Below, in pieces: positions 54,033-64,000 of a stretch of 64,000 nucleotides of DNA; within the stretch, counting starts at the first letter, position 1; each line of letters starts with the position of its first letter. The stretch lies in NCBI GenBank assembly GCA_963555815.3, contig CAUVWX020000001.1, positions 672,001 to 736,000 on the forward strand. Reading direction: 5' to 3'. The stretch is from a bacterium. Its GTDB lineage: Bacteria; UBA8248; JACPRG01; G963555815. Both the position numbers and the translations under genes were made by a program. The notes beneath the pieces were generated by a model. That model was given only the letters and a program-made list of their open reading frames with translations. It was not told the origin of the DNA and did no database searches.

Positions 54033-54701
54033 ATGAAGTCAGAGGATCAGGGACAAGAGGAGAATCCCCTCCCAAAAATCTCGGGCAGGTCCGTCTCTGA
54101 GCCACATGAGACCGCGCCGGGCGAGACAGAACCTGCTCCTGCTGACCCCGCCCTGGCTCTTGAGGCCAAGACTAAAGAGGTCGAGGCCCTCCAAGAGCAA
54201 CTCCTTCGCCTTCGGGCCGATTTCGACAATTTCAGGAAGCGCGGGACCCGAGAGAGGGAAGAACAGCGCCTTTCCACCGCAGAGCAGCTCATTCGGGTGA
54301 TCCTTCCCACTCTGGACAACCTGGAAAGGGCCGTCGAGGCGTTTTCTGATTCCGAGCCCTCGGCCATGCGGGAGGGGCTCGAGCTCATCCTGAAGGGTCT
54401 TCGAGAGGCCCTCGAGCGTGAAGGTCTTGCCGTCATCCCGGCCCTCCACCATCCCTTTGACCCCTCCCGCCATGAGGCGGTCCGGGTTATTGAGACGGGG
54501 GACCATCCTGAGGGCCTGGTCCTCGAGGAGGCCCAAAGGGGGTATTGTCTGAAGGACCGAGTCGTCCGGCCCGCCCGAGTGGTCGTGGCCAAAAACCCCC
54601 AACAGGAAGGAAGAGACATCCGGCTTTGGCTCTCTTTGCTGGGAGTCCCGCACACAAAAAGCAAGGGCATCAGAGGTTCTTCATTCTCCGGTGCCGGGTG
54701 A
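54033..54701 (+). CDS. grpE: Nucleotide exchange factor GrpE
   Basis: ADFDNFRKR, FDPSRHEA, GY...RVVRPARVVV. Confidence 0.92.
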   Translation: MKSEDQGQEENPLPKISGRSVSEPHETAPGETEPAPADPALALEAKTKEVEALQEQLLRLRADFDNFRKRGTREREEQRLSTAEQLIRVILPTLDNLERAVEAFSDSEPSAMREGLELILKGLREALEREGLAVIPALHHPFDPSRHEAVRVIETGDHPEGLVLEEAQRGYCLKDRVVRPARVVVAKNPQQEGRDIRLWLSLLGVPHTKSKGIRGSSFSGAG

Positions 54702-54744
54702 GAAGACTTCGGGCGGGCGGGACTGGCTCCGAGGAGATCGCCGA

Positions 54745-56007
54745 GTGAAAGTCCTCGTCATCGGGGGTGGGGGAAGAGAGCACGCCCTCGTGTGGAAGAT
54801 CCGCCAGAGCCCCCTCGTGGATGAGGTTTTCGTCGCGCCCGGAAACGCGGGCACCGCCGCCGTGGGGCGCAATCTGGAGATCTCGGCCGGGGACATCGAG
54901 GGCCTCCTTGATTTTGCCCGCGCCGAAGGGATAGGGCTCACCGTTGTTGGGCCTGAGGCCCCCCTCATGGAGGGGGTGGTGGACCGCTTTCAGGCCGAGG
55001 GGCTCCTCATCTTTGGGCCGAAACGGGAGCCAGCCCAAATCGAGGGCTCGAAAAGCTTCGCAAAGTCCCTGATGGGCCGGGCCGGGGTCCCAACGGCCGG
55101 GCACCAGGTTTTTTCCAAAATGGAAGAGGCCCTCGCGTATGTCAGGGGACTCCCCCCGGGAGGGCTCGTCGTCAAAGCCGACGGCCTCGCCGCGGGAAAG
55201 GGCGTCATGGTGTGTTCGTCCACAGAGGAAGCCGGAGAGGCGCTTCGAAGACTCATGGAAGAGAGAAGTCTTGAGGCCGCTTGCCAAAAAGTTGTCGTCG
55301 AAGAACGTCTCTTTGGGAAAGAGCTTTCCGTCTTCTCCTTCTGTGACGGGGCGAGGGTGGTCTTGCTGGGTTCCGCGCAGGATTACAAACCCATCGGCGA
55401 TGGGGACACAGGACCTAACACGGGCGGCATGGGGGCGTATTCTCCCGTACCCTGGGTGGGGGGTGAACTTGTGGAAGAGATCGTCTCGACCCGTCACCGA
55501 CCGGTGGCCCAGGCCCTTTCTGAACAGGAGACCCCTTATCAGGGGATGCTCTACGGGGGGTTCATGATCACCGAAGAGGGCCCGAAGGTCCTTGAGTTCA
55601 ACGCCCGGTTTGGAGACCCGGAGACTCAGCCCCTCCTCCTTCGCCTCGAGGAAGATCTTTTGCCCTGGCTTCTGACAACCGCCGAGGGGAGGCTGGAGGA
55701 GCGAAAAATCCGTCTCAGGAAGGAGGCCGCCGTCTGCGTCGTCATGGCCTCCCAGGGATACCCGGGGAAATATGAGACGGGAAAAGAGATCTCGGGTCTT
55801 GATGAAATTGCAGAGAGGGAGGACGTGGTCGTCTTTCACGCCGGGACTGTCCAGAAGGGTGATCGAGTGCTGACGGCGGGAGGCCGGGTCTTGGGGGTGA
55901 CCGCACTTGGGAAGGACCTTTCGTCGGCCCGCTCCCTTGCCTATGAGGCGGTCTCAAAGATCTCTTTTGAAGGGGCCTACGTCCGCAAGGATATCGGGAA
56001 GTTGTAG
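54745..56007 (+). CDS. purD: Phosphoribosylamine--glycine ligase
   Basis: GGGGREHAL, KADGLAAGKGV, GPNTGGMGAY, EFNARFGDPE. Confidence 0.97.
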   Translation: MKVLVIGGGGREHALVWKIRQSPLVDEVFVAPGNAGTAAVGRNLEISAGDIEGLLDFARAEGIGLTVVGPEAPLMEGVVDRFQAEGLLIFGPKREPAQIEGSKSFAKSLMGRAGVPTAGHQVFSKMEEALAYVRGLPPGGLVVKADGLAAGKGVMVCSSTEEAGEALRRLMEERSLEAACQKVVVEERLFGKELSVFSFCDGARVVLLGSAQDYKPIGDGDTGPNTGGMGAYSPVPWVGGELVEEIVSTRHRPVAQALSEQETPYQGMLYGGFMITEEGPKVLEFNARFGDPETQPLLLRLEEDLLPWLLTTAEGRLEERKIRLRKEAAVCVVMASQGYPGKYETGKEISGLDEIAEREDVVVFHAGTVQKGDRVLTAGGRVLGVTALGKDLSSARSLAYEAVSKISFEGAYVRKDIGKL

Positions 56008-56051
56008 CGGGGTGAAAGTGGGTCTTGGGATGGTGAGCGCGAGGCCCCGGA

Positions 56052-56468
56052 GTGAGTGACCACCATAAGAGCGCAAGGTTGTCCGCTAGGCTCTGGGAAG
56101 AATCTCTAGAGCGTCTGGGATATCTTGTCGCCCAAGGCGATTTTCAAGAAGCCGAGACCCTGGCCCTTCGCCTCAAGGAGGAGAGAGAGAAAGAAAACCT
56201 CTGGCCTCCGGCCGCCCTCGACGGGCTTCCCCTCTACGTCTTTGAGCCAGCTGACGGCGGGGAGGGGAATCTCAAGCTGGGGAAGTGGGTGGACGCCCTA
56301 AATCGCCTCATGCACAAGACCGTCGAGGGGGAATTTCAAGAGGTGGCCCGCGTTGCGGGCGTGATGAAGGGCTACGCTGACGCCTACACGTCTCTCGTGA
56401 AGCCCAAGAAAACACTTGCCGAAAAGCTCCCCGGCCTCACCTGCCGTCTCTCCCCACGGTCGTCCTAA
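56052..56468 (+). CDS. Hypothetical protein
   Basis: 138-aa ORF with host-like codon style. Confidence 0.55.
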   Translation: MSDHHKSARLSARLWEESLERLGYLVAQGDFQEAETLALRLKEEREKENLWPPAALDGLPLYVFEPADGGEGNLKLGKWVDALNRLMHKTVEGEFQEVARVAGVMKGYADAYTSLVKPKKTLAEKLPGLTCRLSPRSS

Positions 56469-56603
56469 ATCAAGGGCCCTTTGGCCCCCAAAAGGCCAGA
56501 TTTTCAGCCTCGACGCGGGTTTTTTCGACTCTTCCTCAAATGGAAAGCGCCCTTAAAAAATAAAAGACTCTCCCTGCCGGGCCTTTCTGCTGCCGGAGGG
56601 TCC

Positions 56604-57392
56604 TCAGAGATCATAGGGGACCATCTCCCGGCCGATCTCCACCCCGGGCCCAAAGGTCTTTTGGGCGTCCTGAAGGAGGGACTTCTCCTCATCCGGCGTC
56701 TTGGCTGCGATGTGAACCAGGATAAGCCGTTTCGCCCTTGCTTGGGCCGCAAGCTCTCCCGCTTCCTCCCCCGACGAGTGGCCCCGAAGGTCCTCGCCCG
56801 GGGCCCGGGTCGCCTCCATTACCAGGGTGTCTGCCTCAAGGGCGAGCCGCACCAAACTCTCGCACGGCGCGGTATCAGATGAGTAGGCGAGGGAACGGCC
56901 AGAGGAGTCCTCAAACCGAAGGGCGGTAACCTCCGCGTCCCCATGAGAGACCGGCGAGACAGTGACTCGATAGGTTTCTGCCTCCACCGCCAGGTGCCTC
57001 TCCCGAAGGTCCAGTTCTTCTATTCGAAGCTCGAAGGGGAGTTTTTTCTCCTTTCGAAAATCGAAAAGACGGGCAAGCTCCTCCAAGAGGGTGCAGCTCT
57101 CAGGAGGAGCCAGGACCCAGAGGCGCTCCTGTCGCGTGGGCCGGTACGTCGAAAGGGAGTGGAGAAGGGAGGGAAACCCATAGGTGTGGTCCACGTGGGC
57201 GTGGGTCACGATCACCCGCTTGAGGTCCACGGGGTCCAGTCCGAGGCGGAGGATTTTCTGTATGGGGCTGGCTGAGCAGTCGATGAGCGTGAGCTCTCCC
57301 CCCAGGCGGACCAGGAGAGAGGTGTTGTCCCGCTTCGCCATAGGCCGGGCGGAGGAGGTGCCAAGAAGGAAAAACTGAGTCCTGTCCGCCAA
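56604..57392 (-). CDS. Metallo-beta-lactamase fold hydrolase, RNase Z-like
   Basis: LGTSSA.P, THAHVDH, YSSDT, EAT, HSS, LILVH. Confidence 0.85.
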   Translation of the reverse strand: MADRTQFFLLGTSSARPMAKRDNTSLLVRLGGELTLIDCSASPIQKILRLGLDPVDLKRVIVTHAHVDHTYGFPSLLHSLSTYRPTRQERLWVLAPPESCTLLEELARLFDFRKEKKLPFELRIEELDLRERHLAVEAETYRVTVSPVSHGDAEVTALRFEDSSGRSLAYSSDTAPCESLVRLALEADTLVMEATRAPGEDLRGHSSGEEAGELAAQARAKRLILVHIAAKTPDEEKSLLQDAQKTFGPGVEIGREMVPYDL

Positions 57393-57570
57393 AGTTCCCT
57401 CGTGAGAAGCAAAGGGGGGATGAGTCAGGAAACGTGGGGAGCCTGAAAGCTATCAGGAGAGGTGGGGCCTGTCAACGCTCCAGGGCCCCGCGGAGCCTAG
57501 AAACCTTTTTGTCATAATTTTATCACAGATACATGGCTTTTTGACTTATTTTGGCGGATTTTAGATTGGA

Positions 57571-57597
57571 CTAGCAAGCTGAGCCGTAGAGTGCTAA
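57571..57597. promoter_or_regulatory. Degenerate CIRCE operator upstream of groESL
   Basis: CTAGCAAGC-N9-GAGTGCTAA vs consensus TTAGCACTC-N9-GAGTGCTAA. Confidence 0.7.
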
Positions 57598-57707
57598 TAT
57601 GGCAAATAAGCTTATGTATCAGTTGTGGGGCGCCGAGTCCTTGACGGGACACAGCGCCCCTAAAATGTTGGTTCAGCAAGGTTCACCCGTCTAGGAGGAT
57701 GTCGCCA

Positions 57708-59632
<1,925 letters not shown>

Positions 59633-59652
59633 GGTAGGGTCCTTCAATTTGA

Positions 59653-59689
59653 GGCCCGCGCCCCCGTATGGGGTGCGGGCTTTTTTTTT
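59653..59689 (+). terminator. Rho-independent terminator of groESL
   Basis: GCCCGCGCCCC/GGGGTGCGGGC stem followed by T9. Confidence 0.9.
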
Positions 59690-59852
59690 GCGAACATAAC
59701 AGGGTGGAAGTGCGGTGAGAAGGGGACGCTTCATTCATGGGCGAGAGGCGACACGCAGGAGATTGACGGCAATTTGAACAGGGGGGCGATTGGGTCTATA
59801 TTCTATATAGTAAAGGGGTTAGCACACTGTCTTTTCGGTAAGAAGGGGCACC

Positions 59853-60887
59853 ATGAGAAGTTGGACTCTTTATCTCTCCATGCTTATCTCGGTCCTCCTT
59901 CACGGGCTTGTGCCGGTTTTTTTGCTCGTCCTCGCGAAAGTCACCTTTGAGCGCGAACTCCCGGAGGAACGAAGGCCCATTCAGGTCCGGGTCCTCGTGC
60001 CAGACGTGGCAGAGGGGGCCCTTCACGAGGCGGGGCTCTCTGGATTGACCTCCAGAAAGACCCCGGAGACCCCCACCCTGGTCCGCGAGGACAAGACGGC
60101 TCCGGAGGAAAGGAGCACCCCCCCTGTCCTGACGCCCTCGGCCGAGGACTCCATCGAGAGAGAGCAACCCCTTGAACCGGCCCCTCCGGCCATTGCCCTG
60201 CTGGATGTGGAGGTCCCAGATGAAGAGAGAGCACCTCCCGTCCTGACACCCCTGGCCGAGGACCCCGTGGCCAGGGTGTTGCCCGAGGCGGTCCCACCTC
60301 CGGCCCTCGTACCCATAGAGCCTGACGAAAAGCCCAGAGAAGTTTCCCCTCCCTTGGAAGCCCCAGAGGACCAAGAACTCTCCTCATTCGAGGTGCCGCC
60401 GACCCCTTCCGAGGCCTCCCTGTCCAGCGAGGTCACCCCCCCTCGGAGTCTCGCGGAGCTCTCCACCAAGGAGATCATTGAAAGGTACGCCACAGAGGAG
60501 CCCCCCTCTCGCGAGGAGCCTGAGGAAAGCCAGCCAGATCTGGCCTCAATAGGCAAGGGGGAAGTGGAGGATCTCTCCCTGGACACTCCAGACCCTCTCT
60601 TTCAGACCTACTTCGCGAAAATTCGCCTCAAGATTCAGCGAGAGCTTCACTATCCTTCTGAGGCGGAGAGGCAGCAGATTCAGGGACAATCCCTGGTCCG
60701 GTTCGTCCTCGTGGCGAGCGGAGATGTGGCGAAACTCAGGGTCCTGGATCCCTCAGGCCACCCCATTCTGGATGAAGCCAGTATCTCCGCCATTCGCAAC
60801 GCCTCTCCCTTTGGGCCCTTCCCGGACAACATCCGCGCGAAATGGCGCCAGCTGCCCATCAGGGCTAAATTTAGATTCGGGCAATAA
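59853..60887 (+). CDS. TonB family protein
   Basis: N-terminal TM with S.LLH, Pro/Glu-rich linker, YP..A...QG...SG..ILD.A...A.PF.PFP. Confidence 0.85.
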   Translation: MRSWTLYLSMLISVLLHGLVPVFLLVLAKVTFERELPEERRPIQVRVLVPDVAEGALHEAGLSGLTSRKTPETPTLVREDKTAPEERSTPPVLTPSAEDSIEREQPLEPAPPAIALLDVEVPDEERAPPVLTPLAEDPVARVLPEAVPPPALVPIEPDEKPREVSPPLEAPEDQELSSFEVPPTPSEASLSSEVTPPRSLAELSTKEIIERYATEEPPSREEPEESQPDLASIGKGEVEDLSLDTPDPLFQTYFAKIRLKIQRELHYPSEAERQQIQGQSLVRFVLVASGDVAKLRVLDPSGHPILDEASISAIRNASPFGPFPDNIRAKWRQLPIRAKFRFGQ

Positions 60888-60900
60888 AACACTCTTGTCC

Positions 60901-61320
60901 GTGAACCGGTTTTCCATTGTGCCCACGACGGCCGATCTTGCCATTGAGGCCTTCGGAGGGACGCTGAAGGAGCTTTTCGCCCAGCTCGGCCTTGGCCTCT
61001 TCAGCATCATGTGCGACCTGGAGACTGTGCGGCCCAGGGAGACACTGGAGGTAGCGGTCGAGGCCCCGAGCCGGGAAGCCCTCCTCGTTAACTGGGTGAA
61101 CGAGCTCATTTATCTCCACGAGGTGAATCAGTTTTTCGCTTGCAAGGTTCGGGTGGGTCAGATGACGGACAAGGAGATTAAAGCGGAGCTTCTGGGGGAA
61201 AAGGTGGACCCAGAGCGCCATGCTCTTCTCACCGAGGTCAAGGCCGCGACCTACCACGAGCTGACCCTCGAGCAGGTGGCGTCGCAAGGCTGGCGGGCCT
61301 ACGTCCTGGTGGACATCTAG
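60901..61320 (+). CDS. Archease
   Basis: TTADL, LLVNWVNELIY, EVKAATYH, C-terminal VDI. Confidence 0.9.
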   Translation: MNRFSIVPTTADLAIEAFGGTLKELFAQLGLGLFSIMCDLETVRPRETLEVAVEAPSREALLVNWVNELIYLHEVNQFFACKVRVGQMTDKEIKAELLGEKVDPERHALLTEVKAATYHELTLEQVASQGWRAYVLVDI

Positions 61321-61333
61321 GGGAAAGGAAGGA

Positions 61334-62782
61334 ATGGAAGTCCCCATCGTCAAGTTGGACGATTATCGCTACGAGATCCCCAAGAGTTATAAGCCGGAGA
61401 TGAGGGTCCCGGGGCGGGTCTACGCCAACGAGAAGATGCTCAAAGACATCTTGAAGGACCGGTGTCTGGAGCAGGTCGCCAATGGGGCAACGTTGCCGGG
61501 GATCGTCGAGGCCTCTATTGCCATGCCGGACATCCACTTCGGCTATGGGCTCCCCATTGGAGGGGTGGTGGCGACCGATGTGGGCGAGGGGGGGGTCGTG
61601 AGCCCCGGAGGGGTCGGCTTTGACATCAACTGTGGGGTCAGGCTCCTTCGAACTCATCTTCACGTGGACGACGTGGGGAAACGCCTAAGAGACCTTGTGC
61701 AGGCCCTCTATCACGGGGTCCCGGCAGGGGTGGGCTCTAGACGCGACCTGAGTCTTGGCCCGGCTGACATGGCCGGCGTCCTCACGAAAGGGGCGAAGTG
61801 GGCCGTTGAGCAGGGCTATGGAAGCTCAGCGGATCTTCCCCACATCGAGTCTGAGGGGGCCCTCCCAGGTGCGGATCCCGATCAGGTGAGCCAAAAAGCC
61901 CTTGAGCGCGGCCGGCGCCAGGTGGGGACCCTCGGGTCCGGAAATCACTTCCTGGAGATCCAGATGGTCGATACCGTCTATGACGATCGGATAGGAGACG
62001 CCTTCGGCCTCTTCCCGGGGGAGATCGTCGTCATGATCCACACGGGCTCAAGGGGTTTTGGACACCAGGTGTGCACGGACCATCTGGCCCTCATGGAGAG
62101 GGTCATGACGAAGTACGACATCCGGCTCCCTGACCGCCAGCTCGCCTGCGCGCCTCTCAGCTCCCAGGAAGGGCAGAGTTACCTGGGGGCCATGCGGGCT
62201 GCCGCCAACTTCGCCTTTGCAAACCGACAGTGCATCCGGGGGGCGATTGAGAAGGCCTTCCTTAAGACCCTCCAAATTTCTCCCCGGGACCTTGGAATGA
62301 TCACCCTCTATGACGTGGCCCACAACATCGTCAAGGAGGAAGAGCACCAGGTGGGCGGAAAGCCCCGCCGTCTTGCCGTTCACCGTAAGGGGGCGACCCG
62401 GGCCTTTCCCCCGGGACATGGCGAGATCCCGGAGGACTACCGCGCGGTGGGCCAGCCCGTCCTCATCCCCGGCGATATGGGGCGCTACTCCTTCGTCCTG
62501 GCGGGGACGGCGGGCTCGATGGCCGAGTGTTTTGGGAGCACGTGCCACGGGGCCGGAAGGAGGCTGAGCCGCCACGCCGCGAGGAAGGCCGCCAGGGGAA
62601 GAAATCTGCACCGGGAGATGGAGGACCGGGGGGTCATCGTGATGGCCTCGGGGCGGGCGACCGTGGCGGAAGAGATGCCCGAGGCCTACAAAGATGTGGC
62701 CGACGTGGTGGACGTGGTGGACCGGGCCGGGATTGCGGCCAAAGTGGCCCGCCTTCGGCCCATCGGATGTGTAAAGGGGTGA
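61334..62782 (+). CDS. rtcB: RNA ligase RtcB
   Basis: MPDIHFGYG, GFDINCG, GNHFLE, HTGSRG, HRKGAT, PGDMG, STCHGAGR. Confidence 0.96.
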   Translation: MEVPIVKLDDYRYEIPKSYKPEMRVPGRVYANEKMLKDILKDRCLEQVANGATLPGIVEASIAMPDIHFGYGLPIGGVVATDVGEGGVVSPGGVGFDINCGVRLLRTHLHVDDVGKRLRDLVQALYHGVPAGVGSRRDLSLGPADMAGVLTKGAKWAVEQGYGSSADLPHIESEGALPGADPDQVSQKALERGRRQVGTLGSGNHFLEIQMVDTVYDDRIGDAFGLFPGEIVVMIHTGSRGFGHQVCTDHLALMERVMTKYDIRLPDRQLACAPLSSQEGQSYLGAMRAAANFAFANRQCIRGAIEKAFLKTLQISPRDLGMITLYDVAHNIVKEEEHQVGGKPRRLAVHRKGATRAFPPGHGEIPEDYRAVGQPVLIPGDMGRYSFVLAGTAGSMAECFGSTCHGAGRRLSRHAARKAARGRNLHREMEDRGVIVMASGRATVAEEMPEAYKDVADVVDVVDRAGIAAKVARLRPIGCVKG

Positions 62783-62933
62783 GTTTTCTGGCCTTTATGA
62801 AAGATTGAGTACTAGTGTTGGGTGAATCTTTTTGAAAAAAGGAGGGTCTAATATAATGGGAGACTCTTCAGAAGTTGGCTCCTCTGGAACTGAGTTATCA
62901 AAGGGCAGCTAGCCCTTATAGAGAAAGAATTCA

Positions 62934-63287
62934 ATGAGTAGAGGAAAATTCGCCTTTGTCGGCTTGGTGTTATCGAGCCTTGTCTCTAGCGCCTGCTGAA
63001 TTGGCCCTGCTCTGGCCCTAGGTCTTGGGGCCTCGACGTTGGGCGCGGTAGGCAGCCTGATGGCTGTTTACCGTCCCTACTTCATCTCTCTCGCCGTCCT
63101 ATCACTGGCTTGGACGTTTTACCGGGCCTTCAGGCCGAAGCTGATGGTTGCACGGGGAAAAGGCATCCGAGCGGTCCTGGCCGCCCTTCGGCCCACGCAG
63201 CGGGAAGCGCCCGTCTTCCTGGGGGCTGGGCTCGTTATTTTGCTGGTCCTCTTCCCCTATTGGGGAAGGCCTCTATTCTTGGGCTAA
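62934..63287 (+). CDS. MerT-like membrane transporter, probable selenoprotein (CU, UGA at 62997-62999)
   Basis: ...SSAC-TGA-IGP matches the MerT ACCxGP motif; downstream YRPYF and FPY; SECIS-like hairpin follows. Confidence 0.82.
63014..63032 (+). promoter_or_regulatory. SECIS-like hairpin (MerT-like gene)
   Basis: GGCCCTA-GGTCT-TGGGGCC, loop at +22 from UGA. Confidence 0.72.
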
Positions 63288-63423
63288 CGGGTCCGGAGAA
63301 ATAGCGCCAAGGAATTGGGATAGAAGTCTGAGCGAACAGAAAAATCCCTGAAAAAATTATCCTCCCTTTAAAAATTTAAAAATTAACCCTTTGGGTCCCT
63401 GGAGCCAGGAAATGCAGGGGGAG

Positions 63424-64000
63424 CTATTGGGGGGCCCGGCGCATCTTGAACTCTTGGTCCGGGTGCATGAGGATCCAGTGGTAGAAGCGTTTTAGGAGGA
63501 ACTGAAAATGCCTTCGGGAGCGGATCCCAAGGAGGTTCTTGAAAAAGATATGGGGCCGAAGATAGAAGAGGAGGAAAGCCTTTCGTTGAAGGCTCTTGAG
63601 CTCCTTACGTGTCGTGCCCTCGGGGACATAGGCCGCGTTCATGAAATAAAAGCGCCGCCAGTCCACCTTGTCGAGCTCCCCTTGCGCCTCGATCTGGCGG
63701 TGGCTCTCTGTGCCGGGCAGGGGGAGGTAGGTGAAAAAGTTGGCCCGCGTGAGGTCAAGCTGCCTGGAGAAGCGGATGGTCTGCTCCATCTCCGCTCTCG
63801 TCTCTCCGGGATAGCCCAGAATGAAGAAGCCGGCCACTTCCATCCCCGCCGCTCTCACCATCTTGAGGTTTGTCCGAATCTTCTCGACCGTGAGACTCTT
63901 CTTCATGAGGGTCAGCACGCGGTCCGATCCTGATTCGATTCCAACCGAGATGAGATAGACCCCCGCCCGCTTCATGAGTTTCAGGAGGTCTGGGTCTACC
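63424..64000 (-). CDS. Radical SAM protein (B12-binding class-like), C-terminal part; 5' end outside window
   Basis: GIESGS.RVL..MKK, FILGYPGET, PLPGT; frame open to window edge. Confidence 0.8.
   Translation of the reverse strand, partial: VDPDLLKLMKRAGVYLISVGIESGSDRVLTLMKKSLTVEKIRTNLKMVRAAGMEVAGFFILGYPGETRAEMEQTIRFSRQLDLTRANFFTYLPLPGTESHRQIEAQGELDKVDWRRFYFMNAAYVPEGTTRKELKSLQRKAFLLFYLRPHIFFKNLLGIRSRRHFQFLLKRFYHWILMHPDQEFKMRRAPQ

Noticed and set aside
62856..62912. 18-aa ORF upstream of and in frame with the MerT-like gene
   Set aside because: Two TAG stops separate it from the gene and it has no recognisable features

Overview
GC-rich bacterial chromosome segment spanning the replication origin: rqcH, then dnaA-oriC-gyrB-gyrA-serS and two tRNA-Ser genes. 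An ~18 kb mosaic island follows tRNA-Ser(GCT); it contains a serine recombinase, DUF2924, a ParB-methylase, IS remnants, a type III R-M system, FitAB and HicAB-like pairs and gene fragments. The rest is largely housekeeping (hppA, dacA, mtnA, divIVA-yggT-proC-yggS, hrcA-grpE, purD, groESL, archease-rtcB). Top finding: a complete 2,868-bp IS1-family transposon (4820-7687; perfect 16-bp terminal inverted repeats, 8-bp target duplication) sits directly upstream of the dnaA promoter. It carries a Panacea-Doc toxin-antitoxin pair, an HTH protein and an unannotated non-canonical tRNA with a tRNA-Sec-like 8/4 'allo-tRNA' cloverleaf and a UAA anticodon. Second: two genes cut short in the ORF track are probably selenoproteins (rhodanese CxU and MerT-like CU). 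Each has a SECIS-like hairpin whose GGUyy loop starts exactly 22 nt after the in-frame UGA. Several secreted accessory genes are broken by single stops or frameshifts. All family assignments come from motif recognition by eye; no searches were run.
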